NCBI GenBank assembly: GCA_002305115.1
Contig: DBQF01000001.1
Span: 92,447-156,446 of the forward strand
Length of the DNA: 64,000 bases
From: a candidate division WWE3 bacterium UBA1401
GTDB lineage: Bacteria; Patescibacteriota; WWE3; UBA101185; UBA10185
Reading direction: 5' to 3'
Shown: in pieces, positions 43,320 to 52,856 of the stretch
How positions within the stretch are numbered: position 1 is the stretch's first letter
Layout of the letters: each line of letters starts with the position of its first letter
Program-made: the position numbers and the translations under genes
The notes under the pieces: generated by a model
Told to the model about the DNA's origin: nothing
Seen by the model: only the letters and a program-made list of their open reading frames with translations
Database searches by the model: none

Positions 43320-45131
43320 TTAAGTTCTAAATCTGGCGTAAATGCGGACGGTGGATTTACCGATCTTTTCCTGCTTATAAATCTCGACAGGTGACAGCTC
43401 TGATGTATTTTCCACATGGGGGCCACCACAAAACTCTTTGCTTACTGCTTTTTCCAAACTAGTTCCCACATAATAAACCTTTACACTTTCACCGTACTTT
43501 TCTGTGAACAACTGCAGCGCTCCAGACTTTTCTGCCTCTTCTTTTGGTAAGACCTTATACTTTACTGGCAGCTGCTTTGCAATCAGGTCATTTACCAAGT
43601 TTTCCACGTTGAGAAGTTCCTCATCTGTTAATTTCTCGTTATGGGAAAAGTCGAATCTTAGCCTTTCTCCTGTGATATTACTGCCTTGTTGCGTTACGTG
43701 TTCACCCAATACTTGTCTTAACGCCCAATGTACTAGATGTGTAGCCGTGTGATATTTTTTACTTAGTTCACTCTGATCTGCTAAGCCTCCAGCAAACTTT
43801 TGTTCCGCGCCTTTCCTGGAAAGTTCCTGATGTTTAGTAATTTCTTCTTTAAATTTTGCGAAGAACTGCTTTTTATCTACAATAAAGCCTACGTCGACAA
43901 TATCTTCCAGGAAAAGTTCTTCGGGATACCCTGATGACTGATATAGTCTGAATGCTTCCTCTGCTAACTCTTCTTCAGAGGGTTGGGTAAGTTTAGGTAA
44001 AAGCTTTTCTACCTGTTTTGACCCAGTTTCTAACATTTTTCTGAATTTTGTTTCTTCTTGGGCAAACAGCTCTTTAATACTATTTGCTTGTTGGGGTAGC
44101 TGTGGGTATAGCCAGGCTAACATCTCTGTTACTGTATCAACAAGTTGAATAGATAAGTCTTGGTTTATACCCATTTTCTTACCTATTCTGATCATTTTTC
44201 TCAGCAATCTTCGCAAGATATACCCTTGATCCTTATTAGAAGGTTCCACGCCATCCATGGCCAACAAGGTTGCCGATCTTATATGGTCTGCAATTTTTCT
44301 GAAATTCTTTTTGTCTTCCTCATAAACCTTGCCTGATAATTTCTGAAGTTTTTCAATAATTGGCCAAAAATTATCGGTCTGGAAAATATCCTGTTTGTCC
44401 TGAGTAACCAGTGCCCACCTTTCCAGGCCACCGCCAAAATCGATATTCTTTTGCGCAAGCTCTTCCCAACCTCTATCTGTTTTTACGTATTGCATGAATA
44501 CGCTATTACCGATTTCCAGAAAATCTATGTCGTTAGCGGTAGGATCTTGCCCCAATCCTGTGCCCTCTTTGCCTATGTAATAAAAGGTTTCGCTGTCCGG
44601 ACCACCCAGTTCACCGATGGCATCGCCTCTTTGCCACCAATTATCCTTTTTCCCGCACGGAAAAATGTGCCCTTCCGGGTTTACACCATAGCTCTTAAAG
44701 ATATTTTCCAGAATTGTTATTGCTTCAGTGTCTTTTGGAATAGATTCCTCACCTGCAAATACCGTAGCGTATAGCCTGTTGGGGTCAAGATCTAAGACAT
44801 TAATATAGAAGTCGTAAATCCAGGTGAGTTGCTCATGCTTAAAATAGTCGCCTAAGCTCCAGTTACCGAGCATATGGAACACTGTAGTGTGGCGGTTTGT
44901 TTCACCAACATTTTCAATGTCGTCAAGTCTTAAGGATCTTTGAATATTAACTAGTCTTTTTCCTTGAGGGTGCGTTTCCCCCATTAGAAAGGGTACTAGC
45001 GGAAACATACCCGAATTGACGAAGAGTAGAGTAGGGTCGTTTTCGGGAATAAGAGATGCGTTGGGAATTTGTATGTGCCCTTTGGTTTTGAAGTAGTTTA
45101 TATATTTGTTGTAGATTTCTTGCGATTTCAT
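43320..45131 (-). CDS. alaS: alanine--tRNA ligase (short form lacking the C-Ala domain)
   Basis: 603 aa. The class II AlaRS catalytic motifs are FVNSGM and HMLGNWSLGDYFK, and the editing-domain HxxxH is present (HTATHLVHW). Confidence 0.85.
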   Translation of the reverse strand: MKSQEIYNKYINYFKTKGHIQIPNASLIPENDPTLLFVNSGMFPLVPFLMGETHPQGKRLVNIQRSLRLDDIENVGETNRHTTVFHMLGNWSLGDYFKHEQLTWIYDFYINVLDLDPNRLYATVFAGEESIPKDTEAITILENIFKSYGVNPEGHIFPCGKKDNWWQRGDAIGELGGPDSETFYYIGKEGTGLGQDPTANDIDFLEIGNSVFMQYVKTDRGWEELAQKNIDFGGGLERWALVTQDKQDIFQTDNFWPIIEKLQKLSGKVYEEDKKNFRKIADHIRSATLLAMDGVEPSNKDQGYILRRLLRKMIRIGKKMGINQDLSIQLVDTVTEMLAWLYPQLPQQANSIKELFAQEETKFRKMLETGSKQVEKLLPKLTQPSEEELAEEAFRLYQSSGYPEELFLEDIVDVGFIVDKKQFFAKFKEEITKHQELSRKGAEQKFAGGLADQSELSKKYHTATHLVHWALRQVLGEHVTQQGSNITGERLRFDFSHNEKLTDEELLNVENLVNDLIAKQLPVKYKVLPKEEAEKSGALQLFTEKYGESVKVYYVGTSLEKAVSKEFCGGPHVENTSELSPVEIYKQEKIGKSTVRIYARFRT

Positions 45132-45147
45132 TTTTTATTTCTGAAGA

Positions 45148-45243
45148 TGGCTGTGCCATCCAAAGCATTAACAGTAGTTGGTAGTGCTATTGTCAAACTA
45201 GTCCTTCTTTGCTACGCTACGAAGGACATCCGCCTGCGGCGGA
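45148..45243 (-). repeat. tRNA-trailing conserved element, copy C (its tail has TTGACA-N17-TGTTAAT about 35 nt upstream of the alaS ATG)
   Basis: About 96 nt immediately 3' of tRNA-Cys and directly upstream of alaS. Confidence 0.6.
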
Positions 45244-45318
45244 TGGAGGCGCAGGAGGGAATCGAACCCTCGCGTCGAGGTTTTGCAGACCCCAGCGTTT
45301 CCACTTCGCCACTGCGCC
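45244..45318 (-). tRNA. tRNA-Cys (GCA)
   Basis: 75 nt with acceptor GGCGCAG/CTGCGCC, anticodon loop CTGCAAA, a GGTTCGATTCC T-arm, and an encoded CCA. Confidence 0.85.
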
Positions 45319-45393
45319 AAATATTCACTTCAGTGTTGCCATTTTACCACTCACGTGGTAATTTATCCTTAATAACTTTGTCGTTATTTACCT

Positions 45394-46536
45394 ATGCAAA
45401 ACTTAGGCAAAAGCAAATTTCCGTCTGCCCTATTATATGTTCTAACTCTAGCCTTACTAGTAGGCGGTGTGATTTATTTCTTCAAAGATGATCTGACTTC
45501 TATTTCCATATTTAGCGGTAATGCTGGTTTAATTGTAGACAGTTTTTATGAAGAAGCTGAAGTTTATATAGATGGCAAACAAGCCGGTACTACTCCTTAT
45601 GAGACAGAAGATATCAGCGCCAAAGAACACACTATCAGATTAAAAAATGAGTCAAATGCGTATGAAACTTCCATAAATTTTCTTAAGGGTACACAAGTAG
45701 CAGTAAACAGAGATACTGGTGTTTCCGAAGTTTTTTCTTCCGGGCAAAATTTCTGGATTGAACAAAACGGTGCAGAAGTATTAACCGTTATTTCAGATCC
45801 TGCAGGTGCCAGTGTTTATATAGATAACACTGAGGTTGGTAAAACACCTTATTCGGTAGATAACTTAAGTGTTGGTGAATATGATCTGCGTGTTAGCTAT
45901 CCGGGTTACGAAGTTCAAAATACTCGTATTAACATTCAAAAAGGTTATAAACTTAACGCTTCTTTTGATTTGTTTCCACTTCCCGTGCCTCCAAAAGTGG
46001 AAGAATTTGCAGACTCCGGTGGCCTCTATCAAGTAATCTCAGATAATTCTTCTGTTACTGCAGACCCTGTCACTTGGGTGGCAGGCATTTTGTATTGGAA
46101 TAAAACCCGCGGTATAAACCTTGCAGGTATGGGTTTAAATAAAGAACCGGTTTTCGACTACTTTATAGATTACAAAGGGTTTCTCTATGATGCCTCCGGT
46201 ACTTTGGTTACAGACCCTTCCGCGCTTACAGATATTGAACAAGGTGCCTATTTAGGCAGATATTCCGATGGTACAACTCTGACCAAAGAAGCCTCCACAA
46301 CTTTCCAGGCTCTTTTCGGTAAAACTACAGGAGGCAAGCAGGCAAAAATCTTGGCTACTGGTGTGGGTTGGCTTAGAGTCCGCGGCGGTCCTGGCATTAG
46401 TTACGACGAAGTTAGCAAAGTTAATGTTGGTGAGAGTTTTGCTGTTTTGGAAGAAGCCAGCGGTTGGGCAAAAATTCAGGTTTCAGACGAACTTACAGGT
46501 TGGGTTTCTACAGATTACGTAGAGCTCACTGAGTAA
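45394..46536 (+). CDS. membrane-anchored PEGA-repeat protein with a C-terminal SH3b domain
   Basis: 380 aa with an N-terminal TM helix. Two PEGA-like units (AEVYIDGKQAGTTPY, ASVYIDNTEVGKTPY) are present, and the C-terminal GWLRVRGGPGISYDEVSKVNVGESFAVLEEASGWAKIQ is SH3b-like. Confidence 0.55.
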   Translation: MQNLGKSKFPSALLYVLTLALLVGGVIYFFKDDLTSISIFSGNAGLIVDSFYEEAEVYIDGKQAGTTPYETEDISAKEHTIRLKNESNAYETSINFLKGTQVAVNRDTGVSEVFSSGQNFWIEQNGAEVLTVISDPAGASVYIDNTEVGKTPYSVDNLSVGEYDLRVSYPGYEVQNTRINIQKGYKLNASFDLFPLPVPPKVEEFADSGGLYQVISDNSSVTADPVTWVAGILYWNKTRGINLAGMGLNKEPVFDYFIDYKGFLYDASGTLVTDPSALTDIEQGAYLGRYSDGTTLTKEASTTFQALFGKTTGGKQAKILATGVGWLRVRGGPGISYDEVSKVNVGESFAVLEEASGWAKIQVSDELTGWVSTDYVELTE

Positions 46537-47095
46537 TAAACACTTCATGCCATTCCAGCAGATCGGGTCTTATTACTTTTATTTGTTCCACACTTTGAGC
46601 AAATTCTGTTGTTAATCCTAGTTTTTGTTCATACTTGGCTATATCAACTAATGTTCCCACGTCATTTGGAAAACGGTGTTTTAGTTCCGACAAGTATTGT
46701 TTGGCAATAGCAATGTATTTTTGGTCTAGATTATTTTGTGTGGTTGGCTGGTAAATATCTTCTACTGACAAAAAATAATATAAGGGTATGTTGTTACGCA
46801 AAGTAGCTAAGTTATTAGGATTCAGTTCATACGCTTTTGTTAAGTCTGCCAAAGCTTTGTCTTTCTTTCCCAAAACAATGTAAATTCTTGCACGCTGTCT
46901 GTAATAATAAGGTTCTTGAGGATTTAGTCTGATGGCTTTATTAGCTACTTCGAGACCTGTTTCGGTTTTTGTTTGTTCTAAAGCTATCTCAGCTTTTGTT
47001 ATAAGTATATCTGCCTTATAAAGTTGAGTTGTTTTTATAATGAAACCTGCTCCAATAGCCACTACGATTAAGCTAAGTATTAATTTGCTGCGCAT
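46526..47095 (-). CDS. TPR-repeat protein with an N-terminal TM anchor
   Basis: 189 aa with TPR-like A/Y/L periodicity (ALADLTKAYELNPNN...). Confidence 0.5.
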   Translation of the reverse strand: MRSKLILSLIVVAIGAGFIIKTTQLYKADILITKAEIALEQTKTETGLEVANKAIRLNPQEPYYYRQRARIYIVLGKKDKALADLTKAYELNPNNLATLRNNIPLYYFLSVEDIYQPTTQNNLDQKYIAIAKQYLSELKHRFPNDVGTLVDIAKYEQKLGLTTEFAQSVEQIKVIRPDLLEWHEVFITQ

Positions 47096-48363
47096 ACCTT
47101 ATACCTTTCAATTAATGCCAGCGCAACCCAGAATAGCAAAGTGGTACTAACTGTAGGCCAACCAAACATATTCGTTATGGCTAGGCCTATGAGTGCAGGG
47201 GTTGCAGTAGGATGTCTGGTTTTTAGTCCGTAGCCTAGTATGAGTAAATAAGAGCTTAATCCCAACAAACCAACTTCAGAGGCTAATTCCAGATAATAGT
47301 TATGTGGTTTGTTTAGGATAAAATTCCATTCAGAAGCCATATTCATACTTTTTGGACGAAACTGTTGGAATTCATATGGGAAAGTTTGTAACCCCGAACC
47401 TATTAGAAGTATTTTTGGTGAGGATATGATTAGCTTAAGAGTTCCTTGCCACATGCCCTTTCGAATGTAGCCCGGATCGGAAATTGTGTAATTGTTATGG
47501 TTGTACGTAGTTTGGGCAATGGGAGTATCTACCAGGGTATCTTTTACTCTACTTCCAAATATCCCGGGCCAAAACAAAGCAATGACCAAGGGAACCCCAA
47601 GCATAAACATCAGCTGTTTTTTTGTAAACTTATTTAAAACGATGCTTGTTATTAGCATTAGTGCGAAGCCAAGTATGCCTGACAGTGAGTATGTAAACCA
47701 AAGTCCCATAGTGCTTACTATATAAAGCATCCAGTAAATTTTGTGGTTTTGTAGTTTTGGAAGCACAAACGCTATACCCATGACTAAGAATGCCGCAGCC
47801 CAATTAGGCTGTCCTAATGTGCTATATGCCCGGGTTACTCCTGTGCAATGCTGATATATTGCTACAGCTGCCACTGAACCGAGTATTGCAGGTAGAAGTT
47901 TGTTAACAACACCTTCAATACGGGAATTTAACAAGGCTAGATAGATGCCAAAAAAGATTAAGACGGAAACAAGCCCGCCATTAAACCGTGAATAATAGCC
48001 CCATACAGATGTGTATACATGGCTTGATGTCAGTGTGGCTATAATCATTGCCCCAACAAACCCCAATGTTACAGCCGGGGGCTTAATATAGAAACGTTTG
48101 ACATTAATAAGTTTTAGGATAAACAGGACAATCAGTAAAATTCCTGTTATATAAACAAAAAAGGTTTTTGGGAACTCAAACAACTCCTGGGTGTTTCGTA
48201 CAGAAATCAGCGGTGCTAAAAGTAGCACAGCAATAAGCAGATGTGCTACTTTCTCAAACGTGCTCATTGACGACTTATTTTCCATATTGCTATTATCATA
48301 ACAGCCCGCGATGTTTTCTAAAATCTTAGTAAAACTCATAGACCAGTCTGTACTACCTGCCAT
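47080..48363 (-). CDS. O-antigen ligase/polymerase (Wzy_C)-like polytopic membrane protein (tentative)
   Basis: 427 aa with about 11 TM helices and a large periplasmic loop. It overlaps the TPR gene, which is a common O-antigen-ligase/TPR arrangement. Confidence 0.4.
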   Translation of the reverse strand: MAGSTDWSMSFTKILENIAGCYDNSNMENKSSMSTFEKVAHLLIAVLLLAPLISVRNTQELFEFPKTFFVYITGILLIVLFILKLINVKRFYIKPPAVTLGFVGAMIIATLTSSHVYTSVWGYYSRFNGGLVSVLIFFGIYLALLNSRIEGVVNKLLPAILGSVAAVAIYQHCTGVTRAYSTLGQPNWAAAFLVMGIAFVLPKLQNHKIYWMLYIVSTMGLWFTYSLSGILGFALMLITSIVLNKFTKKQLMFMLGVPLVIALFWPGIFGSRVKDTLVDTPIAQTTYNHNNYTISDPGYIRKGMWQGTLKLIISSPKILLIGSGLQTFPYEFQQFRPKSMNMASEWNFILNKPHNYYLELASEVGLLGLSSYLLILGYGLKTRHPTATPALIGLAITNMFGWPTVSTTLLFWVALALIERYKVCAAN

Positions 48364-48877
48364 CTTGCTACTTTCTGTTCGGTTAATCTCTGTAACTTTG
48401 CTTGCTAATCACTTTGGCATCATGTTCGAAGTTGGGTTCTCTGGCTTTGTGTTTGATTCCCAGACGGATTATATCTTAATTAACTCTTACTCACTCTTGT
48501 TTATGGTAATGGCGCTTATGTTAGGGTTGGCATATGTACTGCTTAAATCCCTTTTAATGCACGATACCCATATTTCTCCCAGTATGACAGCTAAGTTATT
48601 TACACTAAAAGTGTCTTCGTTAATTCAAAACTCTTTCAATATCTATTCCCAGGGGGTTATCTGGGTTTCTTATTTATACTTACTTACTTTGGTTTCCGGG
48701 CTTATGCTGATGTTTCATTTGTTATATGCGTGGGTTTTTTATGTTTCCTTAGCAGGTTCTATTATTTCAACAGTTATTTTTATTCTGGATTTTGAGCGAG
48801 AGTTACAGCTTGCTCAGGGTGAAAAACAAATGTCTGATGAAGATTTTGCCTTAAATTTTGGAGATGAATATGTCTAG
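48311..48877 (+). CDS. hypothetical membrane protein
   Basis: 188 aa with 5 hydrophobic helices. Confidence 0.35.
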   Translation: MFSKILVKLIDQSVLPAILLLSVRLISVTLLANHFGIMFEVGFSGFVFDSQTDYILINSYSLLFMVMALMLGLAYVLLKSLLMHDTHISPSMTAKLFTLKVSSLIQNSFNIYSQGVIWVSYLYLLTLVSGLMLMFHLLYAWVFYVSLAGSIISTVIFILDFERELQLAQGEKQMSDEDFALNFGDEYV

Positions 48878-49062
48878 TAACGTTAAGAGAGTTTGCGCTA
48901 ATTCTGCTTTGGTAGTCTTGCTGTTGGGTATACTTATTACACCCGTCGCTTCTGTAGCCCTGATGAAGCTAAAAGCCCCGTCCACCCAGGTTCTGTCTTC
49001 GCAAAGTATGTATGAAGAAATAGTGGAAGCACCTGAATCAACAGAATCGAGCGTAACAATTC

Positions 49063-50073
49063 CTAGCTACCTGATGGTAGAAGGTAAATAATCCCCAAAA
49101 CCGTAATAATCCAAAATAGTACAGTATTAAGTAATGGTTTATCGGATAAAAGTACCCGCTCAGGAGATTCTGCGTCTTCTTTCTCGTAAATTACAAACAG
49201 ATATCTGGCAACACCGTAAATTACCATCGGAATGGTAAGCATCATCCATTTGGGGCTTTTAAGAATCGAAGGTAGGATAGATGTGAATACGCCCTGTGTA
49301 TGCTGGGGAGACACCTGGAAAGTGAATAGTGCGTATGTGATTATACAGAAAGTGGCAGACATGGAAATCATGCTGTCTAGCAAAGTATCTGGATAGTGTC
49401 TTAAGGTTTTTCTGGTTTCTCCGCCTACGATATTACCCAGATGTTTTGCAAGAATTGTTTTTTCAGACCTTCTTTTGCCAAATGCCATCAGGAGTGATAA
49501 TCCGATGGTTGTAAGAATTAGCCAAGAGGATAGGGAGGTGTTGGAGGCAAACCCGCCTGCAAAAACTCTGATTACAAAACCTGTTGCCACAAATAAGGAA
49601 TCTAGAATGATGACATTTCTGATATGTAGTGAATAGCCTAGTTGTATCAACATATAAAAGATAATGGCTAGAGTGAAAAATGTGCCAATATAAAAAACAG
49701 AGTAAATAACTGTGCCGATGATTAAGGTAAAAGCTATGATCCAAGCCGTTTTCTCTGTTAATTTTCCGGAAGCTATTGGCCGGTTTTTCTTGATCGGGTG
49801 AGTTCTGTCTTTGGGTGCGTCAATAATGTCGTTTACAAAATAAGCACTGGAAGATACAAGACAGAATGCGATAAAAGCCTGAATTGTTGCGGTAAAGACT
49901 TTGGGTTCGAAGATGTTACCCGCAAACACAGGTGCGGCAAAGACTGTGACGTTTTTAAGCCATTGCCTTGGGCGAGCGGTTCTTATGATTTGATAGATGG
50001 TGTTAAGCACTCTTAGATAATAGGGGTAATGTGAAGTAAGTGCAAGTCGGGAATGACTGCTAACTTCTAACAT
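49063..50073 (-). CDS. UbiA-family prenyltransferase (decaprenyl-phosphate phosphoribosyltransferase-like)
   Basis: RPRQWLKN N-terminal motif, the Asp-rich motif NDIIDAPKD, and about 8 TM helices. Confidence 0.65.
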   Translation of the reverse strand: MLEVSSHSRLALTSHYPYYLRVLNTIYQIIRTARPRQWLKNVTVFAAPVFAGNIFEPKVFTATIQAFIAFCLVSSSAYFVNDIIDAPKDRTHPIKKNRPIASGKLTEKTAWIIAFTLIIGTVIYSVFYIGTFFTLAIIFYMLIQLGYSLHIRNVIILDSLFVATGFVIRVFAGGFASNTSLSSWLILTTIGLSLLMAFGKRRSEKTILAKHLGNIVGGETRKTLRHYPDTLLDSMISMSATFCIITYALFTFQVSPQHTQGVFTSILPSILKSPKWMMLTIPMVIYGVARYLFVIYEKEDAESPERVLLSDKPLLNTVLFWIITVLGIIYLLPSGS

Positions 50074-50181
50074 ACTTCCTACAAGGCAAGGTCCGACCTT
50101 CTTATGTAACGTTATGCAATTTTCTATAAGGCTGGGGGTGGTCCCTTATGTCAAACATACCTTTGACTGACATAACAGCCC

Positions 50182-50880
50182 CTACTGGCAGTGCGCCTGG
50201 GGCTCGTCCTCACTACGCTTCAGTCGGTATCCTTGGCCGTAAATCGTTTCAATAAACTTTTTCTTTGTAGCTTTCCTAAGCTTCTTGCGCACTGCGTTAA
50301 CAAGTACATCTATGCTATTAGAACTTATCAGTTCACTTTTTTGCCATATCGCAGCAAACAACCTGTCTCTACTTACTATTTGTTCGGCATTACGCATAAG
50401 ATATTCCAGCAACCTATACTCTTTCTTTCTTAGGCCAATGGTTTTATTATCTACACAAAGGGTACGCTCTTCCTTGCACAAGTGTAGGCCTCTATAACTA
50501 AGGGTAGTTACATATGTTGTTTTAGGGATTCGCCTAAGTAACGCATCTGTTCTGGATAGAAGCTCTTTGAAGGAAAACGGTTTGGTGAGATAATCATCGG
50601 CGCCTACGTTAAAACAACTGAGCTTAGAGTCCAGACGTGCATCTCCCGTAAGGATAATTACCGGCACATCTATGCCCGAAGCTCGCAAATTCTTGCACAC
50701 CTCATCTCCATACAAATCGGGTAGCTTAAGATCAATAATAATAAGGTCATAAGGAGAAATCTGCGCCAGATAAATACCATCTACGCCATTAGGACAAATA
50801 TCCGCAGTGTAGTAAGGGGCGAAGCTTTTTTGTAGTGTCTCAGCCAAATCTATGTCATCTTCAATTATGAGTATCCTCAC
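50182..50880 (-). CDS. OmpR-family response regulator (orphan: no histidine kinase adjacent)
   Basis: 232 aa with a receiver domain (MRILIIEDD...D...K) and a C-terminal winged-helix trans_reg_C domain (RLLEYLMRNAEQIVSRDRL...GQGYRL). Confidence 0.85.
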   Translation of the reverse strand: MRILIIEDDIDLAETLQKSFAPYYTADICPNGVDGIYLAQISPYDLIIIDLKLPDLYGDEVCKNLRASGIDVPVIILTGDARLDSKLSCFNVGADDYLTKPFSFKELLSRTDALLRRIPKTTYVTTLSYRGLHLCKEERTLCVDNKTIGLRKKEYRLLEYLMRNAEQIVSRDRLFAAIWQKSELISSNSIDVLVNAVRKKLRKATKKKFIETIYGQGYRLKRSEDEPQAHCQ

Positions 50881-50980
50881 AAAGATATTTTAGTACTCAC
50901 TCTAATTCCAAGGCAAAATGTCGGAATGTCTGTTGAATTGAATTTGTGCTATGAACGTTATATAGTAGGGTTTACTATTT

Positions 50981-51451
50981 ATGCTTCTTACACCTCACAC
51001 TATAGTTGGAGTTGCTATAGGAGCTACAGTTCAAGATCCTGTAGCTGCCGGAGCTATTTCCTTGAGTATGCATTTTTTAGGGGATTTAGTGCCTCATTGG
51101 GATTTCTTTTCCCATACAACTCATGAGCAAAGAAGAACCGGTTGGCGTCCTATTGCTGTTATGTTTGATATGGCTGTGGGTATTTGTATTGGGCTTAGTG
51201 CAGTTTTATATGCTTTATGGGTACTAAATAGCCCTATAATAGCGGTAAGTATTTTTGTTGCCGGTATTGCAAGTGTTTTGCCTGATGCAATCGAAGCTCC
51301 TCTTATTTATTGTGGTAAAGATATAGCTCCCGCTGTTACTAATGTTCAAAGAAGACTTCAATTCCAAGCACCATTGCCTTGGGGTTTACTTACCCAGGCT
51401 GTGGTAATTGTACTTTCTGCTTTTGTGATTTTAAATTCATTAAAACTATAA
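50981..51451 (+). CDS. hypothetical membrane protein
   Basis: 156 aa with 4 hydrophobic helices. Confidence 0.4.
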   Translation: MLLTPHTIVGVAIGATVQDPVAAGAISLSMHFLGDLVPHWDFFSHTTHEQRRTGWRPIAVMFDMAVGICIGLSAVLYALWVLNSPIIAVSIFVAGIASVLPDAIEAPLIYCGKDIAPAVTNVQRRLQFQAPLPWGLLTQAVVIVLSAFVILNSLKL

Positions 51452-52856
51452 AAGATGCAGCTAGACCGCTTAAGGTAAGTACTGTTAATACTGTGTATCT
51501 TTGTGCGGAAAGAATACCTATCAAGCCAAACACTAGTGTAGTTAAAATGTAGAAAGATGCAATTTTCTGAGGTGTCCAGCCTCGCCTAAGCAGGATATGG
51601 TGCAAATGGCCTTGATCTCCTTTAAAAGGGCTTTTCTTATGAATCAGTCTTCTAACTACTGTTACTGCCCCATCCAGGAAGGGTACCAGCAAAATCAGTA
51701 TAGATGTGGCAATTTTGCTGTTATTAAGGATAGATAGTGATGTTAGCACTATACCTGCGGCTATTGCTCCAAATCCCCACATGATTTTTGAAGGGTGCCA
51801 GCTATGCGGTAACATGCCAAGGCTTGCTCCGGCGGCTATTATAGCCATCTTAGCCCAGCCCAGATGCATAGGTTCTACTTCTGTAAATCTTAAAGAGAGT
51901 GCAGCTACCATAATAAATGCAATGCCCATCATACCTGAGTATTGGCCATCTACACCGTTAGACCAGGACAGCAAATTAAGTACCCAAGTGATCCATATAA
52001 CAGTTAGCGGTATTGCTAAAAATGTTGGGAATCCAAGGTTTCCGTCCAGAGGGTTGTTAATAAAATCAATTGTTATGCCCGACAGCGGGATGATACTCAC
52101 AACTGTAATTAAGGCAATTAGCCTAAGCACCGGACTCTCAAGCATTCTAAGTTTAGATTTTGGATGAGTGTTCTGATAGTCGTCAAGTAATCCCACCAAA
52201 GTTACTACAAAAGTGACCATAAGAATGGTTACAATTTCTTTAGTCATTTCTACGAATAATGGTGTTACTGTTAATAATGCTGTAGTAAAAACCGCACCTC
52301 CCCCTCTGGCGGAAGGCATCTTAAGGACCATCCCTGGGTGTGTATGCTTTGCTGGATCTGTAATGAGATTTTTATCTTTCGCCAGTTCAATAAACCTTGG
52401 TGTAACAAAGTACACTAAAAGGACACTTGTAACGAATGGAACTAATAACTCTAGAAAGTATGGATTTAATATAGGCCGTGTGGGTGTGGAGGCAATGCTT
52501 ACAATGCGAAATATTGAATAAGACAGTATGACAGACGTGTATGTGATAACAAAAAAGATAATGTTTGTACCATATCTTAAATAAGTTTTCCTGGCATATG
52601 CGGAAAATATAATTCCCAAAACTAAAATGGTAGCTAATACTGTAGGAATTAAGAATATACTTGTCTTATCTGCTAGCTGCGGTTTGCCCCAGGGTTTTGT
52701 GTACCACAGGGGTATTTGATCATTTAGAAACTCAATACGCAGGTTTAAATAGATGAACTGTACCACGATAATAGTCAGGTTTACGGCAATAAGAGGTATA
52801 GAGGGTGCTAGTAGGTCTTTTATTTTTTTGGTAGTAACTACCTTTTTTAAATTCAT
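51390..52856 (-). CDS. glycosyltransferase family 4 (MraY/WecA-like polyprenyl-phosphate sugar-1-phosphate transferase) with an N-terminal membrane extension
   Basis: The C-terminal half has LDDY, NLLSWSNGVDGQYSG and DQGHLHH motifs in MraY/WecA arrangement. There are more than 10 TM helices. Confidence 0.6.
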   Translation of the reverse strand: MNLKKVVTTKKIKDLLAPSIPLIAVNLTIIVVQFIYLNLRIEFLNDQIPLWYTKPWGKPQLADKTSIFLIPTVLATILVLGIIFSAYARKTYLRYGTNIIFFVITYTSVILSYSIFRIVSIASTPTRPILNPYFLELLVPFVTSVLLVYFVTPRFIELAKDKNLITDPAKHTHPGMVLKMPSARGGGAVFTTALLTVTPLFVEMTKEIVTILMVTFVVTLVGLLDDYQNTHPKSKLRMLESPVLRLIALITVVSIIPLSGITIDFINNPLDGNLGFPTFLAIPLTVIWITWVLNLLSWSNGVDGQYSGMMGIAFIMVAALSLRFTEVEPMHLGWAKMAIIAAGASLGMLPHSWHPSKIMWGFGAIAAGIVLTSLSILNNSKIATSILILLVPFLDGAVTVVRRLIHKKSPFKGDQGHLHHILLRRGWTPQKIASFYILTTLVFGLIGILSAQRYTVLTVLTLSGLAASFIVLMNLKSQKQKVQLPQPG